From NCBI GenBank assembly GCA_964016885.1, contig OZ024745.1:92876001-92940000 (forward strand): a stretch of DNA of 64,000 nucleotides, written 5' to 3'. The notes under the pieces were generated by a model. It saw only the letters and a list, made by a program, of their open reading frames with translations. It did not search any database and was not told the DNA's origin. The position numbers and the translations under genes were made by a program. Shown one piece after another: positions 1 to 13,603 of the stretch. How positions within the stretch are numbered: the stretch's first letter is position 1; every line of letters starts with the position of its first letter. The stretch is from Eledone cirrhosa (lineage: Eukaryota).

Positions 1-704
1 CCCTGTATATATATATATAAACAAAATAAATGTCAGAGATGGTTCTAAAAATACTTCCAACTATAAAGAAATATTTCAGTTGCCTAACCTGATAAAATTC
101 CAACAAAAAATAAAAAATTTTTTTAAAACCATAATTGGTTAATCATTTTTTACTGTACAGCATGATTGGCTTTTATAATCTATTACCTTAATCAATAAAT
201 AATTTGAACAAACTCTTTAATTAGATTTGTAATTCCTTACCTGAATGTAGCTGAAACTTCAAAATACTCATAAACACACACATACATATGCACACATACA
301 TTTATATATATAGACATACATACATACCCTCCCCTATAACTACAATAGTTGGCTTAGTTTAAAAAGCAAATGCATAAAAGCAAAACCAAGATAGTTATCA
401 GTTACGTGAATGAAAGCAGCAACAGTTGTACCACATGAAGAAAATACAGCAGCTATTTTTTTTAAAAATACATATTTAAAGAATGAACCAGCTAAGATAG
501 TCTAAAATGCACCTGTTATTAATAACATCAATGTAGACACACTTTTTAAAAAATAGGTTATATTTTTCAATGATATTAAATGTTTATAGATTTTAGATTG
601 TATAACCATAAAAAAGAAATTCCTTTAGTATCGATTACCATCTTAGAATATTAGTCACTGTAGGTTTGCTTTGAGGTTTTTTGAGGGGGTTACTGTCTTT
701 TTCT

Positions 705-1041
705 TTAACTCTTTAGCATTCAAACCGGCCATATCCAGCCAGAATTCTCTCACCTCTTCTGTTCAAACTGGCCATAACTAGCTGCTCATATTTAAGGAAT
801 TGTTCTCAAAATAAATAATTGTTTCTACTTTTAGCACAAGGCCAGCAATTATCCCAGTGTATTACTGGTACTTTATTTTATCGACCCCGTAAGGATGAAA
901 GGCAAAGTTAACCTCGGCGAGATTTGAACAATAATACCAAAACCTCAGATTCAATATTATGTGAGATAATTATGTGAGGTAAAGCCTTTACTGTGAAAAT
1001 ACAATAGTATATATAGAGTAATGCAAATGCTAAAGGGTTAA
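705..1041. mobile_element. piggyBac-like non-autonomous element (MITE family 1) with nested partial SINE at about 816-930
   Basis: TTAA-CTCTTTAGCATT at 705 and AATGCTAAAGGG-TTAA at 1041 (TIRs with TTAA at both ends); a second similar copy lies at 38938-39365. Confidence 0.75.
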
Positions 1042-1244
1042 GGATATGATTAAGATGAAATTATAAACAGTTTTTTTTTTTTACAAGTGATGACCAAGGA
1101 CTTATAACCAGATTCTATTACTTATCAATAATTTATTTATACAATCTCATGACATTGTTTAAAAATTTTCCTCCACAATACACTAATGCAGAAACTTAAC
1201 ATCAAAATGGTTTCAGATATTACAACAGTAGCTACACATTATAA

Positions 1245-1500
1245 TGTGTGTGTGTGTGTGTGACAGCTCACACCTATGCAGGTTTAGCTGGCCTCCTCCA
1301 AGGTATATCTCGGAGGTGTCTTGGGTGATTTAATGATAATGACCCCAGTCCTATCATCTCATTTCTACAGCTGAGTAAACTGGAGCATCGCGAAATAAAG
1401 TGTCTTGCTCAAGTCTGAGAATTGCCCGGTCAGAGAATTGAACTCGCAACCTTTCGATTGCAAGCCCAATGCTCTAACCACTAAGCTATGCGCCTTCACA
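1245..1500 (-). mobile_element. tRNA-derived SINE with CORE-like domain and (CA)n tail
   Basis: Minus strand shows A-box-like TAGCTTAGTGG, B-box-like GAGTTCAATTC, then TTGAGCAAGACACTTTATTTC, ending in (CA)n; head and core shared with 28602, 46920 and 48849 copies. Confidence 0.75.
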
Positions 1501-1506
1501 TTAAAT

Positions 1507-1538
<32 letters not shown>

Positions 1539-1539
1539 T

Positions 1540-1675
1540 CAGATAAGGTGTGATAAAAACCAGCTAGACCATAAACCACCAGAGTACTCAATACTTGGGG
1601 TAGTAGAGTGGGTAATATCAAAAGATTTAGGACCCGACGGCTGAGCTCCGGTTGTTTCGACTGCTAGCTCAGGGA
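1540..1675 (-). mobile_element. Penelope-like fragment with hammerhead 3' half (family H1)
   Basis: Shares GTACTCAATACTT(A/G)GGGTAGTAGAGT and GACGGCTGAGCTC with 28275 and 32275; minus strand reads CGAAAC-AACCGGAGCTCAGCC-GTC; abuts (TA)n. Confidence 0.5.
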
Positions 1676-2130
1676 AAAGCAGACGTAAAATGATGATGAT
1701 ATATGTGTGTTATGTAATATATTTTGTATATAGTATGCATTTGGGTTTCATGTTAACATGGACATAAGTTATATATACATAGATATATAACATACATATA
1801 TATATAACCTATATATACATAGATATATAACATACATATATAACCTATATATACATAGATATATAACATACATATATATAACTTATATATACATAGATAT
1901 ATAACATACATATATATAACCTATATATACATAGATATATAACATACATATATATAACCTATATATACATAGATATATAACATACATATATACATAGATA
2001 TATAACATACATATATATAACCTATATATACATAGATATATAACATACATATATATAACCTATATATACATAGGTTATATATATGTATGTTATATATCTA
2101 TGTATACATAGATATATAACATACATATAT

Positions 2131-3405
2131 AAGCCACTATAATTAGCCTTTGTTGACCTAGAGAAGGCCTTTGATAGGGTACCCCGATCTGTCATCTGGT
2201 GGTCCCTAAAGAAGCTAGGTGTTGAGGAATGGCTTGTGAGGACAGTGCAAACTTTGTACAGAGGTACTCTCAGTAAAGTCAGGGTAGGAATGGAGTTTAG
2301 TGAGGAATTCCAGATACAAGTAGGAGTACATCAGGGTTTGGTCCTCAGCCCGCTCTTGTTCATTATAGTCCTCCAAGCCATAACAGAGGAGTTTAAGACT
2401 GGCTGTCCATGGGAACTTCTCTATGCTGACGATCTGGTTCTTATAGCAGAATCAGTAGAGGAGCTAGAGAATAAATTCTGGCTATGGAAACAGCAGTTGG
2501 AAGCAAGAGGACTGAGAGTGAACCTAGCTAAGACAAAAGTGTTGATGAGTAGAAAAGAGGACAAAACCCTGATTCCGTCAAGGAAATGGCCATGTTCGAT
2601 ATGCAGAAAAGGAACTAGCATAAATTCTATAAAATGCACACAATGCAGATCCTGGGTACACAAGAGATGTAGCGGGATAGCAGGCAAACTAACAGGTAGG
2701 GAGAAATATGTATGCAGTAGATGTACAGGGAAATTAGACAGTAGAAGTCGCATTGATAGACACATTTTTCAAATGCAGGAGGGTGCGATAGAAGTGGTGG
2801 ATAGCTTCCGGTAATTATGAGATCAGATTAGCATGGGAGGAGGGTGTTCCGAGACCATAGTATCTAGAATAAGGACGGGTTGGAAGAAGTTTAGGGAGCT
2901 GCTTCCTCTGTTGACGAAGAAGGGTTTCTCCCTGCGTACGAAAGGATGGTTATATGATGCCTGAGTGAGGAGCGTGATGCTGCATGGTAGTGAGACATTG
3001 GCAGCAATGCAGAGGATATGCGACAGCTGGAGAGAAATGAGGCAAACATGCTCCATTGGATGTGCAGTGTAAATGTGCATGAACGACCCAGCATGGCTGT
3101 GTTGAGAGAGAAACTGTGTCTGAGAGGGATAGAATGTAGTGTATGGGAGAGGAGACTGAGGTAGTATGGACATGTGATGCACATGGAGGATGACCGATGG
3201 GTGAAGAAGTGCCAGTTGAAGGAAGACGTGGGAGAGGTAGACCACGAAAAGCATGGGCAGAGGTGGTGAAACAGACCTCAGATCATTGAAGCTCACGGTG
3301 GAGATGACGAAGGACCGTGACAAGTGGAGAGATGCTGTGCTAAATAAGACCCGTCCCACCCTTGCAAACAGGGAAAAGCGAACGTAAAATGATGATGATG
3401 ATGAT
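2131..3405 (+). mobile_element. RTE-clade LINE, 5'-truncated and decayed (subfamily with short 3' UTR)
   Basis: [25 protein letters not shown]-type Cys/His cluster, stops and frameshifts; ends CCCTTGCAAACAGGGAAAAGCGAACGTAAAA(TGA)n; the same satellite unit flanks both sides. Confidence 0.93.
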
Positions 3406-4287
3406 ATATAACCTATAAATACATAGATATATAACACATATATATAACCTATAAATACATAGATATATAACATACATATATAGAACCTATATATACATAT
3501 ATAGAACCTATATATACATAGATATATAACATACATATATGGAACCTATATATACATAGATATATAACATACATATAACCTATATATACATAGATATATA
3601 ACATACATATAACCTATATATACATAGATATTTAACATACATATAACCTATATATACATAGATATTTAACATACATATACATAGATATATAACACATATA
3701 TAGAACCTATATATACATATATATAAAATCTATATATATATATATACATATATATAAAATCTATATATATATATACATATATAAAAAACCTATATATATA
3801 TATATACATATATATAAAACCTATATATATATATACATATATATAAAATCTATATATATATATACATATATATAAAACCTATATATATATATACATATAT
3901 ATAAAACCTATATATATATATACATATATATAAAACCTATATATATATATACATATATATAAAATCTATATATATATATACATATATATAAAATCTATAT
4001 ATATATATACATATATATAAAATCTATATATATATACATATATATAAAATCTATATATATATATATACATATATATAAAATCTATATATATATATACATA
4101 TATATAAAATCTATATATATATATACATATATATAAAATCTCTATATATATATACATATATATAAAATCTATATATATATATACATATATATAAAATCTA
4201 TATATATATATATACATATATATAAAATCTATATATATATATACATATATATAAAATCTATATATATATATACATATATATAAAATC

Positions 4288-4345
<58 letters not shown>

Positions 4346-4346
4346 C

Positions 4347-4402
<56 letters not shown>

Positions 4403-4407
4403 AAATC

Positions 4408-4439
<32 letters not shown>

Positions 4440-4564
4440 CATACATATATATATACATACATACATATATACATACATACATACATATATACATACATAC
4501 ATATATATATATACATACATACATATATACATACATACATATATATATATACATACATACATAT

Positions 4565-4677
<113 letters not shown>

Positions 4678-4706
4678 CATATATATACATACATATATAT
4701 ATATAC

Positions 4707-4773
<67 letters not shown>

Positions 4774-4853
4774 CATATATATACATACATATATATATAC
4801 ATATATATATACATATATATACATACATATATATATACATATATATACATACA

Positions 4854-4895
<42 letters not shown>

Positions 4896-4896
4896 C

Positions 4897-4936
<40 letters not shown>

Positions 4937-5041
4937 ATATATACATATATATACATACATATACATACATATACATATATATACATATATATACATACAT
5001 ATACATATACATACATATACATATATATACATATATATACA

Positions 5042-7258
5042 TTACTTGATGCATTCGACAGTAAGGAAGAACACTTAGAGTCGGACAATATAGAGGGACA
5101 GTGGGAATTTCTGAAAGCAAACCTGCTGTTGGCCACAGACGAAGTCTGTGGCTGGAGCAGGCCTGTAGGCAGGAGGAGAGTAACATGGTGGTGGAACAGT
5201 AAGGTGGAGGAGTCAATTAAGGCCAAAAAGCAGGCTTGGAAAGTATGGCGGGATGGGGGAAGTAGAGTAGACTATCAAGTGGCCAGGAGGGAAGCTAGGA
5301 GAGAAGTGTACTTAGCAAGAAGGGAAGCTGAGGAAAGAAAGTTCAAGCATGTCCTACAACGCGATGACCAAAAACGTGAGGTGTTCAGGATTGCTAGGCA
5401 ATGCGTCAAGGAAAATCGTGATATTGTCGGGGAGAAGTGTGTACTTAACGATGATGGCATACTTGCCATCACCGACACTGATAAGAAGGCAGCTTGGAAG
5501 TGTCACTATGAAAGGCTACTAAATGAGGAGAATAAATGGGAGAAAGACAGTCTCCCCCATGTCGACCCAATAGAGGGACCAGCAGTGTTAGTCGAGGGGA
5601 GTATAATAAGTAAGGCAATCAAGGATATGAAGACAGGTAAGGCGGCTGGGCCTTCGGAAATAGTTGCTGAGATGCTGAAGGCATCTGGCACGGTGGGACA
5701 CACCATGGTCACCCGCATAGTTAACCAAGTCGTACAGAATGGGGTTGTTCCGAAGGACTGGCATAGCAGCATCATCGTTAACTGTTATAAGGGTAAAGGA
5801 GACGCCCTAGATAGGAGTAACTATAGAGGCATTAAATTAATCGACCAGGTCATGAAGGTCACAGAAAAAGTAATAGCGCAACTAATCAGAGAGAGAATTG
5901 ACCTAGATGAAATGCAGTTCGGGTTTGTGTCAGGCAAAAGTACCACAGACGCTCTTTTCATAGTACGACAACTACAGGAGAAGTACCTAGCTAAAGGTAA
6001 ACCCCTCTACTTAGCTTTTGTCGACTTGGAGAAAGCCTTCGACAGAGTCCCCCGCTCCATTATCTGGTGGGCTCTTAGAAAACTAGGCGTTGACGAATGG
6101 CTTGTGAGGGCTATACAAGCCATGTATAAAGAAACAGTCAGCAAGGTTAGAATTAACAACGAATATAGTGAAGAGTTTAGCGTAAAAGTTGGCGTCCATC
6201 AGGGCTCTGTTCTCAGCCCCCTACTATTTATTATTGCCCTTCAGGCTATAACAGAGGAGTTCAAGACAGGCTGCCCATGGGAACTCCTATACGCAGACGA
6301 CCTGACACTCATAGCGGAATCAATGGCCGAGCTAGAGAAGAAATTCCAAACATGGAAGCACGGCCTAGAGTCAAAAGGACTTAAAATTAACCTGGCTAAG
6401 ACCAAAGTTCTAGTTTGTAGGAAAGAAAACAAGGCGGCGGTCCCTTCTGGGAAATGGTCGTGCTCGGTGTGTAGGAAAGGCGTAGGTAGAAACTCCATTT
6501 TGTGTCCTAAATGCAAAGTATGGGTGCATAAAAGATGTAGTGGGATCACAGGTAAGCTAACTAAGAACATAGATTTTACATGTGGCCGGTGTTCTGGTGC
6601 AATAAGTAGCAGCAAGTGCCCACACAATACTAGCTCTTTCAATTGCGCAGAGGGTTCTATAGAAATAGTGGACAGCTTCCGTTACCTGGGCGATAAAATC
6701 AGCAGTGGGGGAGGGTGCTCTGAAAGTACTGTAGCTAGAGTCAGAACTGGTTGGAAAAAGTTCAGAGAGCTTATACCACTATTAGCTGCTAAAGGGTTCT
6801 CCCTAAAAATGAAAGGCAGGTTGTACGATGCCTGCATACGAACAGCAATGTTGCATGGCAGTGAGACCTGGGCATTGTGTGCAGAGGATATACGCAGACT
6901 AGAGAGGAACGAAGCTTGCATGCTCCGCTGGATGTGTAACAGTAATATACGTGAACGGCAAAGCATAAACGAACTAAGGAAAAAATTAGAGATAAGAGGG
7001 ATCAGATGTTGTTTACTCGAGAGAAGGCTACGTTGGTATGGACACGTGATGCGCATGAAAGTCGATAGCTGTATAACAAAGTGCAGGGCAATAAAGATAG
7101 ACGGTAGCCACGGAATAGGCAGACCTAGAAAAACCTGGGACGAGCTGATAAACTCCGACCTCACACACTTACACCTCTCCAAGACAATGTCACTGGACCG
7201 AGACCTTTGGCGGTACTCAGTAACAGAGAAGACCCGCCTTGCCAGTAGGCATCTCTAA
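5042..7258 (+). CDS. RTE LINE ORF (partial): reverse transcriptase with internal PHD-type zinc finger and RTE C-terminal region
   Basis: Motifs [45 protein letters not shown] (6290-6301), C4HC3 finger (6461-6592), FRYLG (6677-6691), [25 protein letters not shown]; no true start codon because of 5' truncation. Confidence 0.93.
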   Translation, partial: LLDAFDSKEEHLESDNIEGQWEFLKANLLLATDEVCGWSRPVGRRRVTWWWNSKVEESIKAKKQAWKVWRDGGSRVDYQVARREARREVYLARREAEERKFKHVLQRDDQKREVFRIARQCVKENRDIVGEKCVLNDDGILAITDTDKKAAWKCHYERLLNEENKWEKDSLPHVDPIEGPAVLVEGSIISKAIKDMKTGKAAGPSEIVAEMLKASGTVGHTMVTRIVNQVVQNGVVPKDWHSSIIVNCYKGKGDALDRSNYRGIKLIDQVMKVTEKVIAQLIRERIDLDEMQFGFVSGKSTTDALFIVRQLQEKYLAKGKPLYLAFVDLEKAFDRVPRSIIWWALRKLGVDEWLVRAIQAMYKETVSKVRINNEYSEEFSVKVGVHQGSVLSPLLFIIALQAITEEFKTGCPWELLYADDLTLIAESMAELEKKFQTWKHGLESKGLKINLAKTKVLVCRKENKAAVPSGKWSCSVCRKGVGRNSILCPKCKVWVHKRCSGITGKLTKNIDFTCGRCSGAISSSKCPHNTSSFNCAEGSIEIVDSFRYLGDKISSGGGCSESTVARVRTGWKKFRELIPLLAAKGFSLKMKGRLYDACIRTAMLHGSETWALCAEDIRRLERNEACMLRWMCNSNIRERQSINELRKKLEIRGIRCCLLERRLRWYGHVMRMKVDSCITKCRAIKIDGSHGIGRPRKTWDELINSDLTHLHLSKTMSLDRDLWRYSVTEKTRLASRHL

Positions 7259-7616
7259 CAAAATACACCCCGTCCCACCACCACCACCCCCACCCCATCC
7301 ACACCACCCCGTCCTATGTAAAGTTATGTTGGTGCCGCGCCATCCGGGCCGAAACAAATGAGATCGTGTAGGTGTCACGACAAAAAAACACACAGTCCAC
7401 GCTGTAATGTGGCCGTGTAGGCAACACGGTATAAACCTCCCAGACCCACACTGTAAATGTGGTTGGTGTTAGGAAGGGCATCCAACTGTAGAAAACCTGC
7501 CAGACAGTCCTATGCGAGCAAGACAATCACTCTTGCCTCAAGTGGGACTACCCCCGTCCAAACCCATGCAAGCGTGGAACACGGACGTTAAACGTTGATG
7601 ATGATGATGATGATGA
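5042..7616 (+). mobile_element. RTE-clade LINE, 5'-truncated (no endonuclease), young copy with about 340-nt 3' UTR and (GAT)n tail
   Basis: Uninterrupted frame 5042-7258, then a 3' UTR ending CCCATGCAAGCGTGGAACACGGACGTTAAACGTT(GAT)n; flanked by TA/TACA satellite. Confidence 0.96.
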
Positions 7617-7837
7617 TACATATATATACATACATATACATATACATACATATACATATACATACATATACATATATATACATACATATACATACATATA
7701 CATACATATACATATATATACATATATATATATACATATATATACATATATATACATATATATATATATATACATATATATACATATATATATATACATA
7801 TATATACATATATATACATATATATACATATATATAC

Positions 7838-7868
<31 letters not shown>

Positions 7869-7995
7869 CATATATATATATACATATATATATATACATA
7901 TATATATATACATATATATATACATATATATATACATATATATATACATATATATATACATATATATATACATATATATATACATATATATATAC

Positions 7996-8138
<143 letters not shown>

Positions 8139-8139
8139 C

Positions 8140-8172
<33 letters not shown>

Positions 8173-9310
8173 CATATATAATATATATATATATATATAC
8201 ATATATATAACATATATATACATATATATAACCTATATATATATAACCTATATATACATATATATAACCTATATATATAACCTATATATACATATATATA
8301 TATATAACCTATATATATATATATATATAACCTATATATATATATATATATATATAACCTATATATATATATATATATAAAACCTATATATATATATATA
8401 TATAACCTATATATATATATATAACCTATATATATACATATATATAACCTATATATATACATATATATAACCTATATATATACGTATATATAACCTATAT
8501 ATATATACGTATATATAACCTATATATATACGTATATATAACCTATATATATACGTATATATAACCTATATATATACATATATATAACCTATATATATAT
8601 ACATATATATAACCTATATATATACATATATATAACCTATATATATACATATATATAACCTATATATATACATATATATATACATATATATATACATATA
8701 TATATACATATATATACATATATATATACATATATATACATATATATATACATATATATAACCTATATATATACATATATATAACCTATATATATACACA
8801 TATATAACCTATATATATACATATATAACCTATATATATACATATATAACCTATATATATACATATATAACCTATATATATACATATATAACCTATATAT
8901 ATACATATATAACCTATATATATACATATATAACCTATATATATACATATATAACCTATATATATACATATATAACCTATATATATACATATATAACCTA
9001 TATATACATATATATTATTACTATATAGCCTATATATATATTTATAACCTATATATAGATATATATATAACCTATATATAGATATATATATAACCTATAT
9101 ATACATATATATATAACCTATATATACATATATATAACCTATATATACATATATATATAACCTACATATAAATATATATATATATAACCTATATATAAAT
9201 ATATATATATATAACCTATATATAAATATATATATATATAACCTATATATAAATATATATATATATAACCTATATATACATATATATATATATAACCTAT
9301 ATATACATAT

Positions 9311-10625
9311 CATCATCATCATCATCATCGTTTAATGTCCATCTTCCACGCTAGCATGGGTTTGGACGAGAATTTTCCCACTTGAGGCAAGATTGGTTGT
9401 CTTGCTCGCATAGGACTGTCTGGCGAGTTTTCCACGGCTGGATGCCCTTCGTAACACCAACTACGTTTACAGTGTGGGCTGGGAGGTTTTTACCGTGTTA
9501 CCTACACGGCCACATTACAGCGTAGACTGTGTATTTTTGTCGTGACACCTACATACCCTCATTTGTTTCGGACTGGATGCTGTGGTACCAACATAACTTT
9601 ATATTGGAAGGGGTGGTGTGGATAGGTGTACTTAGGCAAGGCGGGCCTTCTGTATTACTGAGTAGCGCCAAAGATCTCGGTCCAGTGACATTGTCTTGGA
9701 GAGGTGTAAGTGTGTGAGGTCGGAATTTAGCAAGTCGTCCCAGGTTTTTCTGGGTCTGCCTACTCCGTGGCTACCGTCTATTTTTATCGCCCTGCACTTT
9801 ATTATACAGCTGTCATCTTTCATGCGCATCACGTGACCGTACCAATATAGTCTTCTCTCGAGTAAACAGCATCTGATCCCTCTTAATCCAGATTTCTCAC
9901 TTAGTTCATTTATGCTTTGCCGTTCACGTATATTACTATTACACATCCAGCGGAGCATGCAAGCTACGTTCCTCTCCAGTCTGCGTATATCCTCTGCACA
10001 CAATGCCCAGGTCTCACTGCCATGCAACATTGCTGTTCGTATGCAGGCATCATACAGCCTGCCTTTCATTTTTAGTGAGAACCCTTTAGCGGCCAATAGT
10101 GGTATAAGCTCTCTGAACTTTTTCCATCCCGTTCTGACTCTAGCTACTGTACTTTCGAAGCACCCTCCACCACTGCTGATTTTGTCACCCAGGTAACGGA
10201 ACGTGTCCACTATTTCTATAGAACCATCTGTGCAATGGAATGAGCTAGTATTCTGTGGGCACTTGCTGCTACTTATTGCACCAGAGCACCGGCCACATAT
10301 AAAATCTATATTCTTAGTTAGCTTACCTGTGATCCCACTACATCTTTTATGCACCCATACTTTGCATTTGGGACATAAAATGGAGTTTCTGCCTTCTCCT
10401 TTCCTACACACTGAGCATGGCCAGATGGGACTGGTGCCCTATTTTCCTTCCTACAAACTAGAACTTTAGTCTTCGACAGGTTCATTTTAGGGCCTTTTGA
10501 TTCTAGGCCATGCTTCCATATTTGGAATTTCTTCTCTAGTTCGGCCATTGATTCAGCTATGAGCGTTAGATCATCTGCGAATAGGAGTTCCCATGGGCAG
10601 CCGGTCTTGAACTCCTCTGTTATAG
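9311..10625 (-). mobile_element. RTE-clade LINE, 5'-truncated, frameshifted
   Basis: ORFs 10318-10650 (LLFADDL) and 9632-10411 (PHD cluster, [13 protein letters not shown]) closely resemble the 5042 copy; (CAT)n tail at 9311-9329. Confidence 0.94.
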
Positions 10626-11213
10626 ATATATATATATAACCCATATACACACATATATATAACCTATATACACATATATATATATATATAACCTATATAT
10701 ATATATAACCTATATACACATATATATATAACCTATATACACATATATACATATAACCTATATACACATATATACATATAACCTATATACACATATATAC
10801 ATATAACCTATATACACATATATACATATAACCTATATACACATATATACATATAACCTATATACACATATATACATATATATAGATATAACCTATATAC
10901 ACACATATATATAACCTATATACACATATATATAACCTATATACACATATATATAACCTATATACACATATATATAACCTATATACACATATATATAACC
11001 TATATACACATATATATATATAACCTATATACACATAACCTATATATACATATATATAACCTATATATACATATATATATATTTATCCTATATATACATA
11101 TATAACCTATATATACGTATATATATATAACCTATATATACATATATATATATAACCTATATATACATATATATATATAACCTATATATACATATATATA
11201 TAACCTATATATA

Positions 11214-12178
11214 CATATTAATGACATAGATGCCAACTTAAGGAATGCCACAGTACTAAAGTACGCAGACGACATCAAGCTGTACCGTGAGATAAAAAGG
11301 ACAGATCCTGAACACTATAGATCTTGCTTGCAGTCTGACCTGGACACAATGCAACAGTGGATCTCAGACTGGCAACTCAAGCTAGCTGTGGACAAGTGCA
11401 CCACCATGCATTTTGGGAGTAAAAACCCAGCGTCCACATACTCCCTCCACAGCACTAATATCAAGAAGTCTTCCTGTGAACGTGACCTGGGCATTACGGT
11501 CAGCAGCAATTTGCGTTGGACGAGGCACGTCTCTAAAATTGTCAAGAGGGCCGAGGGTGTCTTAGCATCACTCAGCAAGACCTTTGTCAGCCGCTCTCCA
11601 GATATCTATTTAAGGCTGTATACAGCTATGGTGCGACCACACTTAGAATTTGCATCACCAGTCTGGAACCCCTATCTTGCTCAGGACATTGACCGCCTGG
11701 AAACTGTTCAGAGACGTGCAACCAAGCGAATACCCTCCATCAGGCATCTACCATACTCTGAGCGCCTTGTTTCCCTGGGCATGGATTCATTGAAGCTCCG
11801 ACGCCTGGCAACTGACTTGGTAAACACCCACAAAATTGTTAACCATGTTGCCAACAACAACCCTGAGTGCCTTTTCGATTTCCATGTGTCTAACACACGT
11901 GGACATGCCCACAAAGTAAGAAAACAGCACAGTTCCCATGACTTTCGGAAACATTTTTTCACGCTCAGAGTTGCTGAAGCATGGAACAAACTACCTGCAT
12001 CAGTTGTTAGCTGTCGAGACACTGCATCCTTTAAGGCCTCCATGCTTCCCGAGATCCGCCAACACTACAGCTAACACATACAAACATGTACTTCCCTGGC
12101 ATTTGTGTATTATTCTATGTACTATATTGACGAGTTGTAGTGCATCTGAGCACTTTACACAATAATTTCATTATTATC
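11214..12178 (+). mobile_element. CR1-clade LINE, 5'-truncated
   Basis: Open frame from IND..KYADDIKLY through LQSDLD, ERDLGI, VRPHLEFASPVWNP, LETVQRRATK, TRGH, RKHFFTLRVAEAWNKLP to the stop at 12074; short 3' UTR ending in ATT repeats. Confidence 0.92.
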
Positions 12179-13185
12179 ATTCATCATCATCATCATCACC
12201 GTTTTACGTCCGTTCTTCCACGCTAGCATGGGTTAGACGGGTTGTCCTGTTGTGGGCAGTGTCTGGTCGGCTGACCATGCCTTGCTCATACAGGAACTGA
12301 TCTGGCTTGATTTCTACAGCTGGATGCCCTTCCTAACACCAACCTCATTTACAGTGAGTGCTGGGTGCTTTTTCGTGGCGCCTACACGTCCACTTTACAG
12401 TGTGGGCTGGGTGCTTTTTTGCCGTGGCACCTCCACGACCACCTTGCGGTGGGGGGGGGGGGGGGGGGGGCATATTGTCTATATGCTTCAGCATGTACCC
12501 ATGGGAGGTCGGGTACCCTGTATTACTGCGTGACGCCAGAGGTCACGGTCGTGTGTCATTGACTTTGAGAGGTGTAGTTGGGTAAAGTCGGCTTTTATCA
12601 CCTCATCCCAAGTCATCTTGGGTCTCCCCACTCCGCGGTTTCCATCAACTTCTAGTGCTCTGCACCTTTTTATGCAGCTGTCATCCTTCATACGCATCAC
12701 ATGTCCATACCAGCGTAACCGCCTCTCCTGCACGCAGCATTTGATTCCTCTTATGCTCAGTCTCTCTCTCAATTCATTTATGCTTTGTCGTTCACGTATA
12801 TTACTGTTACACATCCATCGGAGCATGCAGGCTTCGTTTCTCTCTAATCTACGTAAGTCTTCCACCTTCAGCGCCCAGATCTCACTACCATGCAACATCG
12901 CTGTTCGGATACACGCATCATACAGTCTGCCTTTCATTCTGAGGGAGAAGCCTTTTGCAGCTAGCAGTGGTAGTAGTTCCCTAAACTTCTTCCATCCCGT
13001 TCTTACCCTAGTTATTGTACTTTCTGAGCACCCACCTCCGTTGCTAATTCGGTCACCTAGGTAGCAAAAGCTGTCTACTGTTTCTACAGGGCCCTCCCAG
13101 AGATTGGTGGTACTTGTTTCCTGTGGCTGTTTGCTTGCTGTTTCAGCACAGCTGCTGCATGTGAATCCTACATTCTTAATATCAT
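12179..13185 (-). mobile_element. RTE-clade LINE, 5'-truncated within the PHD finger (third subfamily)
   Basis: Minus strand reads KNVGFTCSSC...VDSFCYLGD...[19 protein letters not shown]...[12 protein letters not shown]; 3' UTR with GGAAGGGCATCCAGC box; (CAT)n tail on +. Confidence 0.92.
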
Positions 13186-13603
13186 TATTATATATATATA
13201 TAATCTATATATACAAATATATATATAACCTATATACATATATAACCTATATATACAAATATATACATATATAACCGATATATACAAATATATACATATA
13301 TAACCGATATATACAAATATATATATAACCTATATATACAAATATATATATATATATATAACCTATATATACAAATATATATATATATATATATAACCTA
13401 TATATACAAATATATATATATATATAACCTATATATACAAATATATCTATATATATAACCTATATATACAAATATATCTATATATATAACCTATATATAC
13501 AAATATGTATATATATATATATAACCTATATATACAAATATATATATATATAACCTATATATACAAATATATATATAACCTATATATACAAATATATATA
13601 ACC

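Noticed and set aside
5275-7182. Antisense ORFs overlapping the RTE ORF (also 2421, 9912, 12618, 21689, 11708, 51766)
   Set aside because: Shadow frames on the reverse strand of LINE or Helitron coding sequence; no independent motifs
5042-7258. Domesticated RT gene or telomerase-like gene
   Set aside because: No start codon, truncated at a satellite junction, has a LINE tail and several decayed sibling copies; it is a young retrocopy
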